From NCBI GenBank assembly GCA_963705255.1, contig OY970061.1, positions 1,952,001 through 2,016,000 on the forward strand: DNA of 64,000 nt. The letters are read 5' to 3'. This DNA is from an uncultured Methanoregulaceae archaeon. Lineage in GTDB: Archaea > Halobacteriota > Methanomicrobia > Methanomicrobiales > Methanospirillaceae. This document shows, in pieces, positions 9,814-21,081 of this stretch. A program made the position numbers and the translations under genes. The notes below the pieces were generated by a model. That model did not search any database. It was not told where the DNA came from and saw nothing but the letters and a program-made list of their open reading frames with translations. How positions within the stretch are numbered: position 1 is the stretch's first letter; every line of letters begins with the position of its first letter.

Positions 9814-9996
9814 ATAACAAGCCACTCTCTCTGTCAGGAATTAAACTTTGGGATCGTTCAGAGAGAACCCGGAGAAGCCGTCCGGTCACCAGTCTCACTG
9901 CTGGGTACTCGGGCACCTTGCGCAAACTGGGGGATTAACTTCCCAGGTTCAGGACCAAATACCCGTGGTTCGCCATAGAGGAGAAGAGCGGACCGG

Positions 9997-11942
9997 TCAC
10001 TGTTTCGCAGGTTCCTGCCGCGGGAGGGAAAGGGTAAACGTGCTGCCTGTACCTGATGAACTGGTGACCGTCAGGGTACCCCCAAGCATGGACGCCCGTT
10101 TCCGGGCCATCGTCAGTCCGAGGCCCAGTCTGCCATATTTTCGGGAGAGTTTGTCTGCATCGCTGATGAAGAAGGGTTCAAAAACAGTCTCAAGTTTCTC
10201 GGCGGGGATACCCACACCGTTATCGGTGACAGAAAGCCGGAACAGGGTATCCGTCTCTTCAGAGGTGATGGTGATCTTCCGTGGCGGGTGGGAATAGGTC
10301 ATTGCATTGGAGAGGAGTGTGTTCATGATCTCAAAAATAAATGCTCCATTGCTGGTTATGATGGTATTTTGTGGAACGTTTAAGGCAACGCGGGCTTCAG
10401 AACAATACTTTCCCTGCAGGAGAACCAGTTCAATAAGATCGCGGATAGAGACCCGCTCCATCGGGGGCCTGAACTGGTCATGAACCGATTCGAGAATGCT
10501 GATCGCAAGGATCTTATTAACGATATTCCGTTCCATCTCTACATAGGTCCTGACTTTTTTTATGATTTTGAGAACTTCTGGGGGGATCCGGTACTGATCC
10601 GCGTCAAGCACAAGGAGATCAAGAAAACCGACTATGGGCTGGAGCGGAGTCCGGAGTTCATGTGCAGCCACATCAATAAAGTCCTTTTTGCGGTCCAGTT
10701 CCTTATGAAGGTTGATCACCGCACACTCCCGTTCATTGATATCACGTAAGGCAATGATATTGGCAGGTTTTCCCCAGTAGGTTATCTGCGTTCCAACTGA
10801 TTCAATAAAGAACTCTTTGCCGTCAGACTTTACCGCCTTGTATTTCTGGAGATGGCCCTGGTTTCCATCGATAACCTTCTGCATGTCATGGATAACCCGT
10901 TCCCGGTATTCCGGAGCAATGAATGAAAGGATATTCTTCCCGAGAACCTCCGCACTGCGGGAATAACCCAGCATCTGCACAATGCTCTGGTTGACGTACA
11001 GGATTATTCCGGAAAGGTCCAGGACCGCTATACCGTCAAATGCATATTCAGCAAGTATCCGGTACCGTTCTTCACTATCCTGCAGGGCCTCTTCTGCCTG
11101 TTTGCGATCCGTGATGTCCGTTGCAACGGTCTGGTATTCGATAATTCCGCCATCTTCATCGAAAAGTGCACGTTCTGTCCTCCGGATCCAGTGAAGACTG
11201 CCGTCCGGAAGAACGATCCTGTGCTCAAGAGTGACCTTCGAATTTTCAGGAGTAAGCGCTGCCCGATAGCCTTCCAGAAGACTGCGCTCTTCCGTCGGCA
11301 GGAGAAGATCGAATTGTTTTCCGATCAGTTCACCGCGGGTCTTTTTAAAATACTGACAGAACACATCATTGACATAGAGGATCACTCCGTCAGGTCGGTA
11401 GCGTGCGATCAGTTCTGACTGATCGATAATAAAGCGCCGTACATTGATCTCTTTTACATCGTCCGGGATACCGGATTCCGGACTTGTACTTCAGAACCGG
11501 ATTCTGTGTCGCATGGGTGATCAGCATCCCGGACCCGGCGTGTTCTCAATGTCCGTCCGATGATCAGGGGGAGCACTTTGAGATAGTTGTAATTCTGATC
11601 CTTTACCAGAAAGTCATCGACACCACTTTTTATTGCGTGTGTGGCAGCATCGTGGTCTTCGACACTGGTCACGACAATGACCGGGATCCCCCTCCCAAGG
11701 ATCTCGGGAAGGATATCGAGGGGGGTTCCGTCACCCAGATAGAAATCGCTGATAATAATATCGATGGGCTTTTTCTCTAAAAGGGTCCGGGCATCTGCAA
11801 TGGATCCTGCAATCTCAACCTGATAGGACTCCGGCTGCTCCCGCATCGACCGGCTGAATGCCATCTGGTCGACAAGATCATCCTCTATCAGGAGGACCGC
11901 CAGTTCCTTTTCTTGCCCGGGAGACGTATTCACGTTCTTCAT
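9997..11942 (-). CDS. REC-PAS-PAS-HisKA-HATPase hybrid kinase, split by one frameshift near 11460-11500
   Basis: REC ORF at 11454-11942. The kinase frame extends upstream of 11385 (EINVRRFIIDQSELIARYRPDG) without a start codon; AAHELRTPL, DNGVGI and GLGL motifs. Confidence 0.8.
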
Positions 11943-12353
11943 TCAGCTGACTTCGCTCAGTGTCCAGTACATGCACATTGCCCGGATCACTTCCATGAAC
12001 TGCTGGTAATCAACGGGTTTGATCATGTACCCGGCAACACCCAGATCGTATGATCGGACCTTATCGTATTCTGCCCGTGATGTGGTAAGGATGATGACAG
12101 GGATCCTCCGTATTGACTCATCTTTTTTCATAATCGAAAGAAATTCGATCCCTCCCATTTTGGGCATGTTGAGGTCGAGAAGAATGATTGTCGGTCTCGG
12201 ATTCTCCTTATTTCTGAGATATTCAAGTGCCTCGACACCGTTTTCGACATGATACAGAGGGTTCGTTACATTGATATCCTTGAGTGCCCGTTTGACGGAC
12301 ATCATATCAACCATATCATCTTCAACAAGAAGAATCGATTTTATTGAAGTCAT
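11943..12353 (-). CDS. Single-domain response regulator (Rcp1-like)
   Basis: LLVEDD, LLDLNMPK, IPVIILTTS, YMIKP and YW. Confidence 0.95.
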   Translation of the reverse strand: MTSIKSILLVEDDMVDMMSVKRALKDINVTNPLYHVENGVEALEYLRNKENPRPTIILLDLNMPKMGGIEFLSIMKKDESIRRIPVIILTTSRAEYDKVRSYDLGVAGYMIKPVDYQQFMEVIRAMCMYWTLSEVS

Positions 12354-13447
12354 TTACTAATACCCCCGACGGGTTTATCACCTTTCATTGGGATCGTGAA
12401 GTAAAAAGTACTCCCTTTTCCCAGTTCAGACTCAATCCATACCTTTCCACCATACGTCTCAACGATCTTCTTGACGATCGAGAGTCCGATGCCGGTGCTC
12501 TCAATATCATCCCGTGAATTCAGCGTCTGGAATATCTGAAAGACCAGATCATAGTATTTTTCATCGATGCCCGGTCCGTTGTCCTTCACAAAAAATTTCC
12601 AGTAATCCCCATCCCGGATGCAACCGATATGGATCTCTCCCTGCGGCTTGTCCATGTATTTGACAGCGTTTCCTATCAGGTTCGAGAGGACCTGGCGAAA
12701 ACTGGTCTTTTCATAGTGGACCATCGGGAGAGGGTTGTCAATGATGATGCTGATATGGCGGGGTGGGGAGAGGCTGTCAATAACCTCTTTGACAAGACTG
12801 TTGGGGTCAAAATCCTCTTTCTCCTTCTGGATCCTCCCTACACGGGAGTACTCCAGAATCCCATCGATCAGGTTCTGCATCCGGTTGACGCGGTTCACGA
12901 GAAGATCCAGCTGGGCCTTTCCCTTCTCATCGAATTTGTCCTTATAATCGGTGTAGAGCCACTGGGACAAAGAACCAATCGCCCGCAACGGCGCCTTGAG
13001 ATCATGGGAGACGATATAGGCAAAATCCTTGAGCTCACTGTTGGCAAATTCCAGCTCGCGGATAAGCTGCGCGTTGATATTTTCCATCCTCTTTCGGTCG
13101 CTGATGTCAACAAAGGTCTCTATGAGCAATCTTCTCCCGTCGATCGTGGTGCTTTTTACACTCTTGATAATCGGAATTTTCTCCCCACGAACATTCAGGA
13201 GAGCCCGTTCGGCACTGTCGACCGTCATGTTGAGGTCAGTGATCGGGCATTTGCCTTTTTCAGCAGGACAGACAAACTTATGGCATACCTGTCCGATAAC
13301 ATTGATCTCCGTTGCCTGAATTATAGAGAGTGCCATCGGGTTTGCATACAGAATTGCGTGCGTTTCTGCATCGATAATGAGAACTCCCGTCTGGAGAGTT
13401 TCTATAAGGTTTTTAAGGTACTCTTCGTTTTCAAATGCAATTTTCAT
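12350..13447 (-). CDS. PAS-domain histidine kinase
   Basis: SHDLKAPL, NLIGNA, DNGPGI, GIGL and GSTFYF. Confidence 0.95.
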   Translation of the reverse strand: MKIAFENEEYLKNLIETLQTGVLIIDAETHAILYANPMALSIIQATEINVIGQVCHKFVCPAEKGKCPITDLNMTVDSAERALLNVRGEKIPIIKSVKSTTIDGRRLLIETFVDISDRKRMENINAQLIRELEFANSELKDFAYIVSHDLKAPLRAIGSLSQWLYTDYKDKFDEKGKAQLDLLVNRVNRMQNLIDGILEYSRVGRIQKEKEDFDPNSLVKEVIDSLSPPRHISIIIDNPLPMVHYEKTSFRQVLSNLIGNAVKYMDKPQGEIHIGCIRDGDYWKFFVKDNGPGIDEKYYDLVFQIFQTLNSRDDIESTGIGLSIVKKIVETYGGKVWIESELGKGSTFYFTIPMKGDKPVGGISK

Positions 13448-13667
13448 GGATCAACACCGTTATCAGCGTAATTGCTTTAGAGAAGATCGGGTATCTCAAT
13501 CTATAAGAATTTGCTTCTATTTTTATCGAAACGGCCAAATATTTCACAATTGTCATGTTCTGGCATCAGATCAGAAAAAACGGGCAATCACCCATAAGCA
13601 GTCTACCAGAAAATCATCATTTACAAAAAACCGGTTTGGAGCGCTCTCATACCTTAAAACCCCTAAT

Positions 13668-14975
13668 TTATGCGGTACCCTGAACTGGAATCGTGAAGTA
13701 AAAAGTACTCCCTTTCCCCGGTTCAGACTCAATCCATACCTTTCCGCCGTACGTCTCAACGATCTTCTTGACGATCGTGAGGCCAACGCCGGTACTCTCG
13801 ACCTCGTCCCGTGCATGGAGTGTCTGGAATATCTGGAACACCCGGTCATAATATTTTTCATCGATGCCCGGTCCGTTGTCCTTCACAAAAAATTTCCAGT
13901 AATCCCCATCCCGGATGCAACCGATATGGATCTCTCCCTGCGGCTTGTCCATGTATCTGATCGCGTTTCCTATCAGGTTCGAGAACACCTGGCGAATCCG
14001 GGTCTTTTCGTAATGGACAGCCGGGAGGGGCGTGTCAATGATGACGCTGATATGCGATGGTGGGGAGAGGCTGTCAATAATCTCCCGGATAAGCACTGTG
14101 GGGTCAATGGTCTCTTTCTCATCCCGGATCCTCCCCACACGGGAATACTCCAGAATCCCGTCGATCAGGTTCTGCAGGCGGTTGACACGATTCACGAGAA
14201 GATCCAGCTGGATCTTTCCCTCTTTGTCAAACTTGTCTTGATAATCAGAATACAGCCATTGGGAAAGCGATCCTATCGCACGGAGCGGTGCTTTCAGGTC
14301 ATGGGAGATAATATAGACAAAGTCCTTGAGCTCGTTGTTGGCAAGCTCCCGATCGTGTATGAGCTGGGCGGTGAGCTCTTCCATCTTCTTGCGCTCCCTG
14401 ATATCGATAAAGGTCTCGAGGAGGAGCAGCTTTCCGCCAAACCTGATGGAGTTCACGCTTTCGAGAACCGGGATCCCATCTCCTTTTGCTGTTATCAGTG
14501 TCCGTTCAGCATTCTCAAAGATCTGATTTCCGTCAGTTACCGGGCAGGTACCTGGTTCTGCAGGGCAGATATAATTCTGACAGTTTTTGCCGACAACGGT
14601 CGCTTTCGGGGCTCCAATCAGGGAAAGTGCAAGGGCATTCGCATCTACAATTGTATGCGTCTGTGCATCGATAACGAGCACACCTATCTGGAGCGATTGC
14701 AGCACGGTATTAAGAAACTCTTCACTCTCCTTTACCGCCTTGAGCGCTCTGTTCCGGATGGATGTAATATACACACCCAGGCAGATAACAAGAGCGAACA
14801 TGACGAGAAGGACAAAAAGGTATTGGAGTCGCAGGTTCTGCAGCCGTGCAGCTACGATATCCCCGCTGATACCAATAATGGTAATAACTGAGAGTGCGAG
14901 AACGACCAAAAAAATGACCAGGCCGAGTTTATTTACGGAGAGAGCCTTCAATACTGGTTCAAATGAACTCCCCAT
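13668..14975 (-). CDS. Membrane-anchored PAS histidine kinase, paralog of 12350-13447
   Basis: Two N-terminal TM helices, PAS, SHDLKAPL and HATPase boxes. Confidence 0.95.
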   Translation of the reverse strand: MGSSFEPVLKALSVNKLGLVIFLVVLALSVITIIGISGDIVAARLQNLRLQYLFVLLVMFALVICLGVYITSIRNRALKAVKESEEFLNTVLQSLQIGVLVIDAQTHTIVDANALALSLIGAPKATVVGKNCQNYICPAEPGTCPVTDGNQIFENAERTLITAKGDGIPVLESVNSIRFGGKLLLLETFIDIRERKKMEELTAQLIHDRELANNELKDFVYIISHDLKAPLRAIGSLSQWLYSDYQDKFDKEGKIQLDLLVNRVNRLQNLIDGILEYSRVGRIRDEKETIDPTVLIREIIDSLSPPSHISVIIDTPLPAVHYEKTRIRQVFSNLIGNAIRYMDKPQGEIHIGCIRDGDYWKFFVKDNGPGIDEKYYDRVFQIFQTLHARDEVESTGVGLTIVKKIVETYGGKVWIESEPGKGSTFYFTIPVQGTA

Positions 14976-15117
14976 GAGTGCACGTTCCTTCCCATGGCTA
15001 TATGCCTAATATTGTGCATACCTGAAAGTTCATAAGTTCATGGATCTTTTGTCGGGTCTTTGATCAGGCAGACCGGGAGTTATATGAGAACTGGGGGGTT
15101 TAACCAGTGGCATGCCG

Positions 15118-15708
15118 TTAAATGCCGATATTTTTCAGGAACCACTCGTGCAGCCGGGTATCGTTGCCGAGTTCCGGGTGGAACGAGAACGCCATGTGCT
15201 TTCCTTTTTCCACTGCCACGATACCTTTCTCGACCCGGGCAAGGACTCTCATGCCGGTACCGATAGAAGTAACGACCGGTGCCCGGATGAAAACTGCATG
15301 GAATGCGTCCCCATTAAGCCCGTCAACCGCAAGGTCTGCTTCGAACGATTCCCGCTGCCGCCCAAACGCGTTCCGGTCGACCGCCATCTCCATCAGGCCA
15401 AGCGGCCTGACCCTGGGGTCTTCCACTTCGGTCGCCATCAGCACCATGCCTGCGCAGGTCGCAAAAATACCCCCGGGAAAGGAGCGGATGGGCTCATAGA
15501 GCTGGTTTTTTCCAATGAGACGGGAGATGGTGGTGGACTCCCCGCCCGGGATGGCAAGGGCCTGGCACTCTGCAAGATCGGCAGGGCGCCTCACTTCAAA
15601 AACCTCGGAGGAGGGGCCGCGGCCCATCCGTTCGAGCGCAAGGAGAAACGCGTCTATATGCTCGCTCACATTCCCCTGGAGCGCCAGCACGCCGATCTTA
15701 GCGTCCAC
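15118..15708 (-). CDS. pdxT: Pyridoxal 5'-phosphate synthase glutaminase subunit
   Basis: [20 protein letters not shown] and FHPEL; GTG start inferred. Confidence 0.95.
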   Translation of the reverse strand: MDAKIGVLALQGNVSEHIDAFLLALERMGRGPSSEVFEVRRPADLAECQALAIPGGESTTISRLIGKNQLYEPIRSFPGGIFATCAGMVLMATEVEDPRVRPLGLMEMAVDRNAFGRQRESFEADLAVDGLNGDAFHAVFIRAPVVTSIGTGMRVLARVEKGIVAVEKGKHMAFSFHPELGNDTRLHEWFLKNIGI

Positions 15709-16594
15709 GGTACTGGAGCACCTCATCATCCTTCAGCGTGTGCACGTCGAGACCTGGCATCGCATCGCCGAGACCCGTGCTGACCTTTGCAATCACGGGG
15801 GCATCGTCGAAATGATCGACCGCTTCGACAATGGCTCTCGCCATCCGTTCGGGGCTCGAGGACTTGAAGATCCCCGATCCGACAAAGACCCCGTCCGCTC
15901 CCAGCTGCATCATCAGTGCTGCATCCGAAGGTGTGGCGATACCGCCTGCCGAGAAGTTCACGACCGGAAGCCTGCCGCGCTCTGAACACTCGATCACCAG
16001 TTCGGCGGGGGCCTCGATCTCCCGTGCGTAATCGGTCATCTCCTGCCTGTCCATCCCCTGAAGCATGCGGATCTCTCCCATGATCGTGCGCATGTGGCGG
16101 ACTGCCTCGACAACATTGCCGGTGCCGGCTTCTCCCTTTGTGCGGATCATGGCCGCCCCCTCGTTGATCCTGCGGAGCGCCTCGCCAAGGTCACGTGCAC
16201 CGCAGACGAAGGGGATCTTGAACTGCTTCTTATCGATATGATATTGTTCGTCTGCCGGTGTCAGGACCTCGCTCTCGTCGATCATATCGACCCCGAGGAC
16301 CTCCAGCACCTGTGCCTCGACAAAATGGCCAATCCGGACCTTCCCCATGACCGGAATGGAGACCGCCGCTATGATCTCAAGGACCTTCTCTGGGTCTGCC
16401 ATGCGGGCAACGCCTCCGGCTTTCCTGATATCGGATGGCACCCGCTCCAGCGACATGACTGCGACGGCACCTGCCTCCTCGGCGATCTTCGCCTGTCCGG
16501 CATCTACGACATCCATGATGACGCCCCCTTTCTGCATGGACGCAAAGCCGCGCTTGAGAAGCTCAGTGCCAAATCTCAGTTCTTCCAGTTTCAT
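15698..16594 (-). CDS. pdxS: Pyridoxal 5'-phosphate synthase lyase subunit
   Basis: [18 protein letters not shown] and [16 protein letters not shown]. Confidence 0.97.
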   Translation of the reverse strand: MKLEELRFGTELLKRGFASMQKGGVIMDVVDAGQAKIAEEAGAVAVMSLERVPSDIRKAGGVARMADPEKVLEIIAAVSIPVMGKVRIGHFVEAQVLEVLGVDMIDESEVLTPADEQYHIDKKQFKIPFVCGARDLGEALRRINEGAAMIRTKGEAGTGNVVEAVRHMRTIMGEIRMLQGMDRQEMTDYAREIEAPAELVIECSERGRLPVVNFSAGGIATPSDAALMMQLGADGVFVGSGIFKSSSPERMARAIVEAVDHFDDAPVIAKVSTGLGDAMPGLDVHTLKDDEVLQYRGR

Positions 16595-16603
16595 ATGCCA
16601 GTA

Positions 16604-17531
16604 CTATTGATCAGCGCCCCCCATAAAAACAATGTCACTACCGGCAACTATTGCCAGCACCAGGGTGACGGCACGGGTTGCCGATATTATCGCGGGGCCG
16701 GCTTCATCGAGGCTTTTTTCCCCATCTCCGATCGTATACACACCAGGCTTTTCAAACCGGTTCCGGTACCCCGGCCATTGCTGCCATGACAATCCCTCCG
16801 TTGAATCCCGGGCGGTTATGCCGGTCGCGGCGCATGACCTCCCACGCAGGGGCAAACCTTCCCCTGCAGGCAAAGTACAAAAGGAGCAACACAGCGGTGA
16901 TCCGTGCTGGAATATAATTGAGCACGTCGTCCATCCTGGCTGCACACCACCCTATCCGCTCCCGCTCGTCCCGGTAACCGAGCATTGCATCCATCGTGTT
17001 TGCCGCACGGTAGACTGCTGCGCCCGCAAGCCCGAAAACAGAGAAATAGACAAGCGGTGAGACGATGCTGTCCGTGAGGTTCTCGGTCATGGACTCGTAG
17101 CCCGCAGAGAGGATATGTTCACGGTCGAGATCTGCTGTCTGACGTGATACGAGCATGCTGACACGCCCGCGCCCGCTTTCAATCCCCTCTTTCAGCGCTG
17201 CGACCACAGCGAAGGTATGCTCCTCGAGAGACCGCCACGAGAAACAACATTTGAGCAGGAACGGGGCAAGGATAAGGTAGAGATACCAGGGGGCAACAGC
17301 AGAAAAGACAACAAAGGGAAGGGTAAAGAGGGTGACTGTAACAATCCAGAAAACAACACCAACGGCACGCTGGAATTTGGGGGAGTAATATTCCGGTCTT
17401 CCCCACCACCCGATGAACCTGCCGAGCAGGGCAACCGGGTGCAGGGGCGTATGGGGGTCTCCGATCAGCCGGTCAACGGCAAGCCCTGCAAAGAGCACGA
17501 CAGCGCCAAGCGTTACTGCTGCAGGTACCAT
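16604..17531 (-). CDS. cbiB: Adenosylcobinamide-phosphate synthase CbiB/CobD (frameshift near 16765)
   Basis: GDP..LHPV, ENLTDSIVSP, NTMDAMLGY and ARMDDVLNYIPARIT; the C-terminus FEKPGVYTIG is in another frame. Confidence 0.9.
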
Positions 17532-18082
17532 GTATAGAGTGCCCCGACAATGAGGATGATAAAGGATGCGATATTGAGGAATTCGCTTTTGGTATAGAGC
17601 CAAATAGTATACAGGATGAGAGCGACGCCCATCATGACCATCAAGAGGTGGGGGCGCCCGTGGGCAACCGGCTGGAGGGGGAACTCCTCCTGAATGGCCG
17701 GCCGTGGAGCCGGTACATGGGCGACATTCACCCGCATCATAGTCTTCATGACGCCGTATCCCGAAATGATCTCGAGGTCAAAAAATCCCTCCTCACTGTC
17801 TTTCCGTACCGGTATGAGCAGTACCGACTCATCGACTACGTACATGTTTTCATGGAAAAAATCGGTGTACATACCGGCGTTCGAGGTAGTGACCGTGATG
17901 TGGATAGGCGCTCCGCGGTTTGAGAAAACAAGCCGCAGTCCGCTGCCGGGTTCAACAGAGACCTTCTCGCGGGGAAGATCGATAGAATTGATCCCGCTCC
18001 GGTTGAGGTGGATTTCGAATCCTGCCCCGCTTCCACCCGTTCCGGCGGAGACCACCGCAAAAATCGGAAACGGGAGATTCAT
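17513..18082 (-). CDS. Conserved archaeal hypothetical protein with two C-terminal TM helices
   Basis: IHLNRSGINSI...NRGAPIHI...ISGYG; overlaps its neighbours in an operon. Confidence 0.8.
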   Translation of the reverse strand: MNLPFPIFAVVSAGTGGSGAGFEIHLNRSGINSIDLPREKVSVEPGSGLRLVFSNRGAPIHITVTTSNAGMYTDFFHENMYVVDESVLLIPVRKDSEEGFFDLEIISGYGVMKTMMRVNVAHVPAPRPAIQEEFPLQPVAHGRPHLLMVMMGVALILYTIWLYTKSEFLNIASFIILIVGALYTWYLQQ

Positions 18083-18091
18083 GGCAGGACC

Positions 18092-18277
18092 TTAGTGCTC
18101 GTGCATGGCCGGCGGCAGCAGGTTGGGAATTCCGTCGTGAATGGGATAATCCGCATTGCATGCTGCGCAGTGCAGCCTACCCTCAAGGATCTCCTTTTCG
18201 TCTTCCTTTTCGACAGCAAGAGTGAGGTCTCCCTTGCAGACCGGACAGCAGAGAATATCCATGAGCGAGCGTCTCAT
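18092..18277 (-). CDS. Trm112-like methyltransferase partner
   Basis: LCCPVCKG...CAAC...YPIHDGIPNLLP. Confidence 0.9.
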   Translation of the reverse strand: MRRSLMDILCCPVCKGDLTLAVEKEDEKEILEGRLHCAACNADYPIHDGIPNLLPPAMHEH

Positions 18278-19287
18278 GCCAGTTCGTCCCTCAGGTCAAT
18301 GATCTGGGTGATTTCGGGTCCTGTCGAGATGAGAGTTACCGGGCTCCCGATATCGTCTTCTGCCTGTTTGAGAAAGTCTTTTGCTTTTCTGGTAAGCCGG
18401 GAATATTCGGTGATGCCAAAACAGGCCTTATCGATATTATCGATCCCGGTGATGGCTGCCTGAGTGCATCCGTTGATCATGGCGGAATACTGTGCCATGT
18501 CCCCGTCCCACCCGCCGACGCGCCTCTGTCGATGGGTGACGGTACCGAACTCCTGAATGCCCATTGCATCCGACTTCTCCACCGACATCTCAGTGCTGAA
18601 CGGGCCTTCCCCGACACGTGTCGGGTAGGCCTTGAAGACCACGACAACGTCATCGATCTTCGTCGGGCCCACACCATTGTCGGCGGCAATCTGGGACGCT
18701 GAGGTATCCTTGCTCGTCACGAAGGGATAGGTTCCGTAGTACAGCGAGATGCCAAAGCCCTGGGTGCCTTCAAGCAGCACGGTATTGTTCTTTTTCAGTT
18801 CGTCGTCAATGGCCTTAGGCACATCGAGCAGGTATTCCGCAAGCTCCGGCACGTCCTTTGCCTGAGGGGAGACCCTCATGACCCGGTCGGAATTGGCCGG
18901 CCCGCACCCGGAACCGGTGCTCCCGATCTTCTTGGCAAGGTGGGCGCTCCCCTTGTCACGGGCAATATGGTCTTCGGTAATGATACCGCAACGTTTGTCC
19001 ACGAAGACACGCCCTTTGACTCCGAGAGTTTCGACTTCCTGCTTCAGGACCCTGGGGTCGACCAGTACGCCGCTCCCAATGCAGAGTTTTGCGTCCTTGT
19101 AAACAAAACCGGACGGGACCATACGGACACCATATTTGTGGTCTCCGACCTGGACAGTGTGTCCGGCATTCGGACCCACACCGCCGCGGGAGATGATTGC
19201 GGGTTTGTCCTTATAGGCAATATGGGCAACAACTTTGCCCTTCCCTTCATCACCAAAAAATCCACCAACGATGATTGTACAGCTCAT
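18274..19287 (-). CDS. purA: Adenylosuccinate synthetase (short archaeal type)
   Basis: GDEGKGK, GPNAGHT, EGTQG, GTYPFVTS and EFGTVT. Confidence 0.97.
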   Translation of the reverse strand: MSCTIIVGGFFGDEGKGKVVAHIAYKDKPAIISRGGVGPNAGHTVQVGDHKYGVRMVPSGFVYKDAKLCIGSGVLVDPRVLKQEVETLGVKGRVFVDKRCGIITEDHIARDKGSAHLAKKIGSTGSGCGPANSDRVMRVSPQAKDVPELAEYLLDVPKAIDDELKKNNTVLLEGTQGFGISLYYGTYPFVTSKDTSASQIAADNGVGPTKIDDVVVVFKAYPTRVGEGPFSTEMSVEKSDAMGIQEFGTVTHRQRRVGGWDGDMAQYSAMINGCTQAAITGIDNIDKACFGITEYSRLTRKAKDFLKQAEDDIGSPVTLISTGPEITQIIDLRDELA

Positions 19288-19417
19288 TGTGTTTCACGTA
19301 ATATTGATCCAGTTGGACAATAAAGTATCCCACAGGTCTGTCCTCCCTGATATATTGTTAAAAGTCAGAATGAAATGTCAGGAAAGTGAACGAGATGAAA
19401 AAAGCGGATTGGTTGAA

Positions 19418-20574
19418 TCAGAGGCCGCTGATAAAGGCCTCCATTCTGCCGAGCGCTTCATTGAGCTCTTTCCTTGAGACGGCGTAGGCACACCGGAGGT
19501 GGCCTTCTCCGCCACTGCCAAAGACGCTGCCCGGCACTACGGCGACCTTCTGCTCCTTCAGCAGGCGCTCGGCAAATTCCACATCCGAGAGCCCGGTCTT
19601 TTCTACCGAGGGGAATGCATAGAACGCACCGTCAGGCACATGGCACGACAGCCCGATGCGGTTGAGGCCGGCCACGAACATGTTGCGCCTGAGCCGGTAC
19701 TCACTGACCATGCTGTTCTTCTCATCCTCTGCCGAGCGGAGCGCTTCAAGTGCCCCGACCTGTCCCATCACCGGGGCGCAGAGCATCACGTACTGGTGTA
19801 TCTTCAGCGCAGCGTCGCAGAGCTCTTTGGGTGCGCAGAGGTACCCTACACGCCAGCCGGTCATCGCATAGGCCTTCGAGAAACCGTTGAGGGTGATTGT
19901 CCGATCCCGGAGATCGCTGACGGTCGCTGCAGCGCAATGGCGTGTTTCATACGTGAGCTCCGCATAGACTTCATCGCTGATGAGCAGGAGATCGTGATCG
20001 ATCACAATATCAGCAACCGCTTTGAGCTCCTCTCTTCCCATGACCGCTCCGGTCGGGTTGTTCGGGAAATTGATGATCAGCGCCTTTGATCTGGAGGTGA
20101 CCTGTTCTGCCAGCGTATCCGGGTCCAGTTTGAAATGGTCCTTTTCCATGCACCGGACCGGGACAGGTTTTCCCCCGGAAAGTGTCACGCAGGGGGCATA
20201 CGAGACATAACTTGGCTGTGCGATAAGTACCTCTTCCCCGGGTCCACGATGGCGCGGATCGCGATGTCAAGGGCCTCGGATACACCGCTCGTTATGATTA
20301 TCTCGTCATCACCGGAATAGGTGAGGTTGTAGTGCTGGGCGAGGTACCGCGAGAGGGCAACGCGAAGGGAATGGAGGTCTTTATTGGACGTGTAGGATGT
20401 CGTTCCCTGTTCGATAGAATAAATACTGGATTCGCAGATATTCCACGGGGTGCGGAAATCCGGCTCCCCGACGCCAAGCGATATGACCCCCTCCATCGTG
20501 AGGACGAGATCGAAAAATTTCCTGATTCCCGATGGCGGGATCTCCCGTGCACGCCCTGAAACAAAATTGCGCAT
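19418..20574 (-). CDS. PLP-dependent aminotransferase class I/II (frameshift near 20240)
   Basis: SGIRKFFD, SLGVGEPDF, PNNPTG, DEVY and GFSKAYAMTGWRVG, spread over two ORFs. Confidence 0.9.
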
Positions 20575-20583
20575 GGTTTCACC

Positions 20584-21075
20584 TTAGAAAGAATATGGGA
20601 GGCGCTCTGCTTCCTGCTGTTCAAAGAACGTGTTTCCATTCTCCTTGTACGACTTCATGACAATATGCGTCGCCGTTTCCCGGATCCGGTCCATGGGGGC
20701 GACGTGCTCGGATACAAACCGCGACACTTCCTGCATGTTCTTGCCGGTCACGATGAGCTGGAGATCATAGGTCCCGGTGATGAGACGCAGGGTCTTGACC
20801 TGCCTGAACCGCGAAAGCCGCTCCGCAATCCGATCGTATCCGTAGTCGCGCTCGGGGCTTACCTTGAGTTCGATAATGGCCGAGACCTCGACGTTGCCTG
20901 CCTTCTCCCAGTTGATGACGGTGGAGTAGCGCTTGATGACCTGCGCAGCTTCCAGTGTGTGTATCCGCTGCTGGACATCAGCGGTGCTGAGGCTGGTCAT
21001 GGTCGCAATTTCATCTGCTGAGAGCCGGCTGTTCTCCTCAAGAATACGGAGGAGTTCGAGATCTTTTTCATCCAT
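20584..21075 (-). CDS. Lrp/AsnC family transcriptional regulator
   Basis: N-terminal HTH plus RAM domain (ITGTYDL). Confidence 0.93.
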   Translation of the reverse strand: MDEKDLELLRILEENSRLSADEIATMTSLSTADVQQRIHTLEAAQVIKRYSTVINWEKAGNVEVSAIIELKVSPERDYGYDRIAERLSRFRQVKTLRLITGTYDLQLIVTGKNMQEVSRFVSEHVAPMDRIRETATHIVMKSYKENGNTFFEQQEAERLPYSF

Positions 21076-21081
21076 CCTGTA

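Noticed and set aside
13377-14891. 504-aa plus-strand ORF, and likewise 12629-13471
   Set aside because: Antisense shadows of the histidine kinases; no recognisable motifs.
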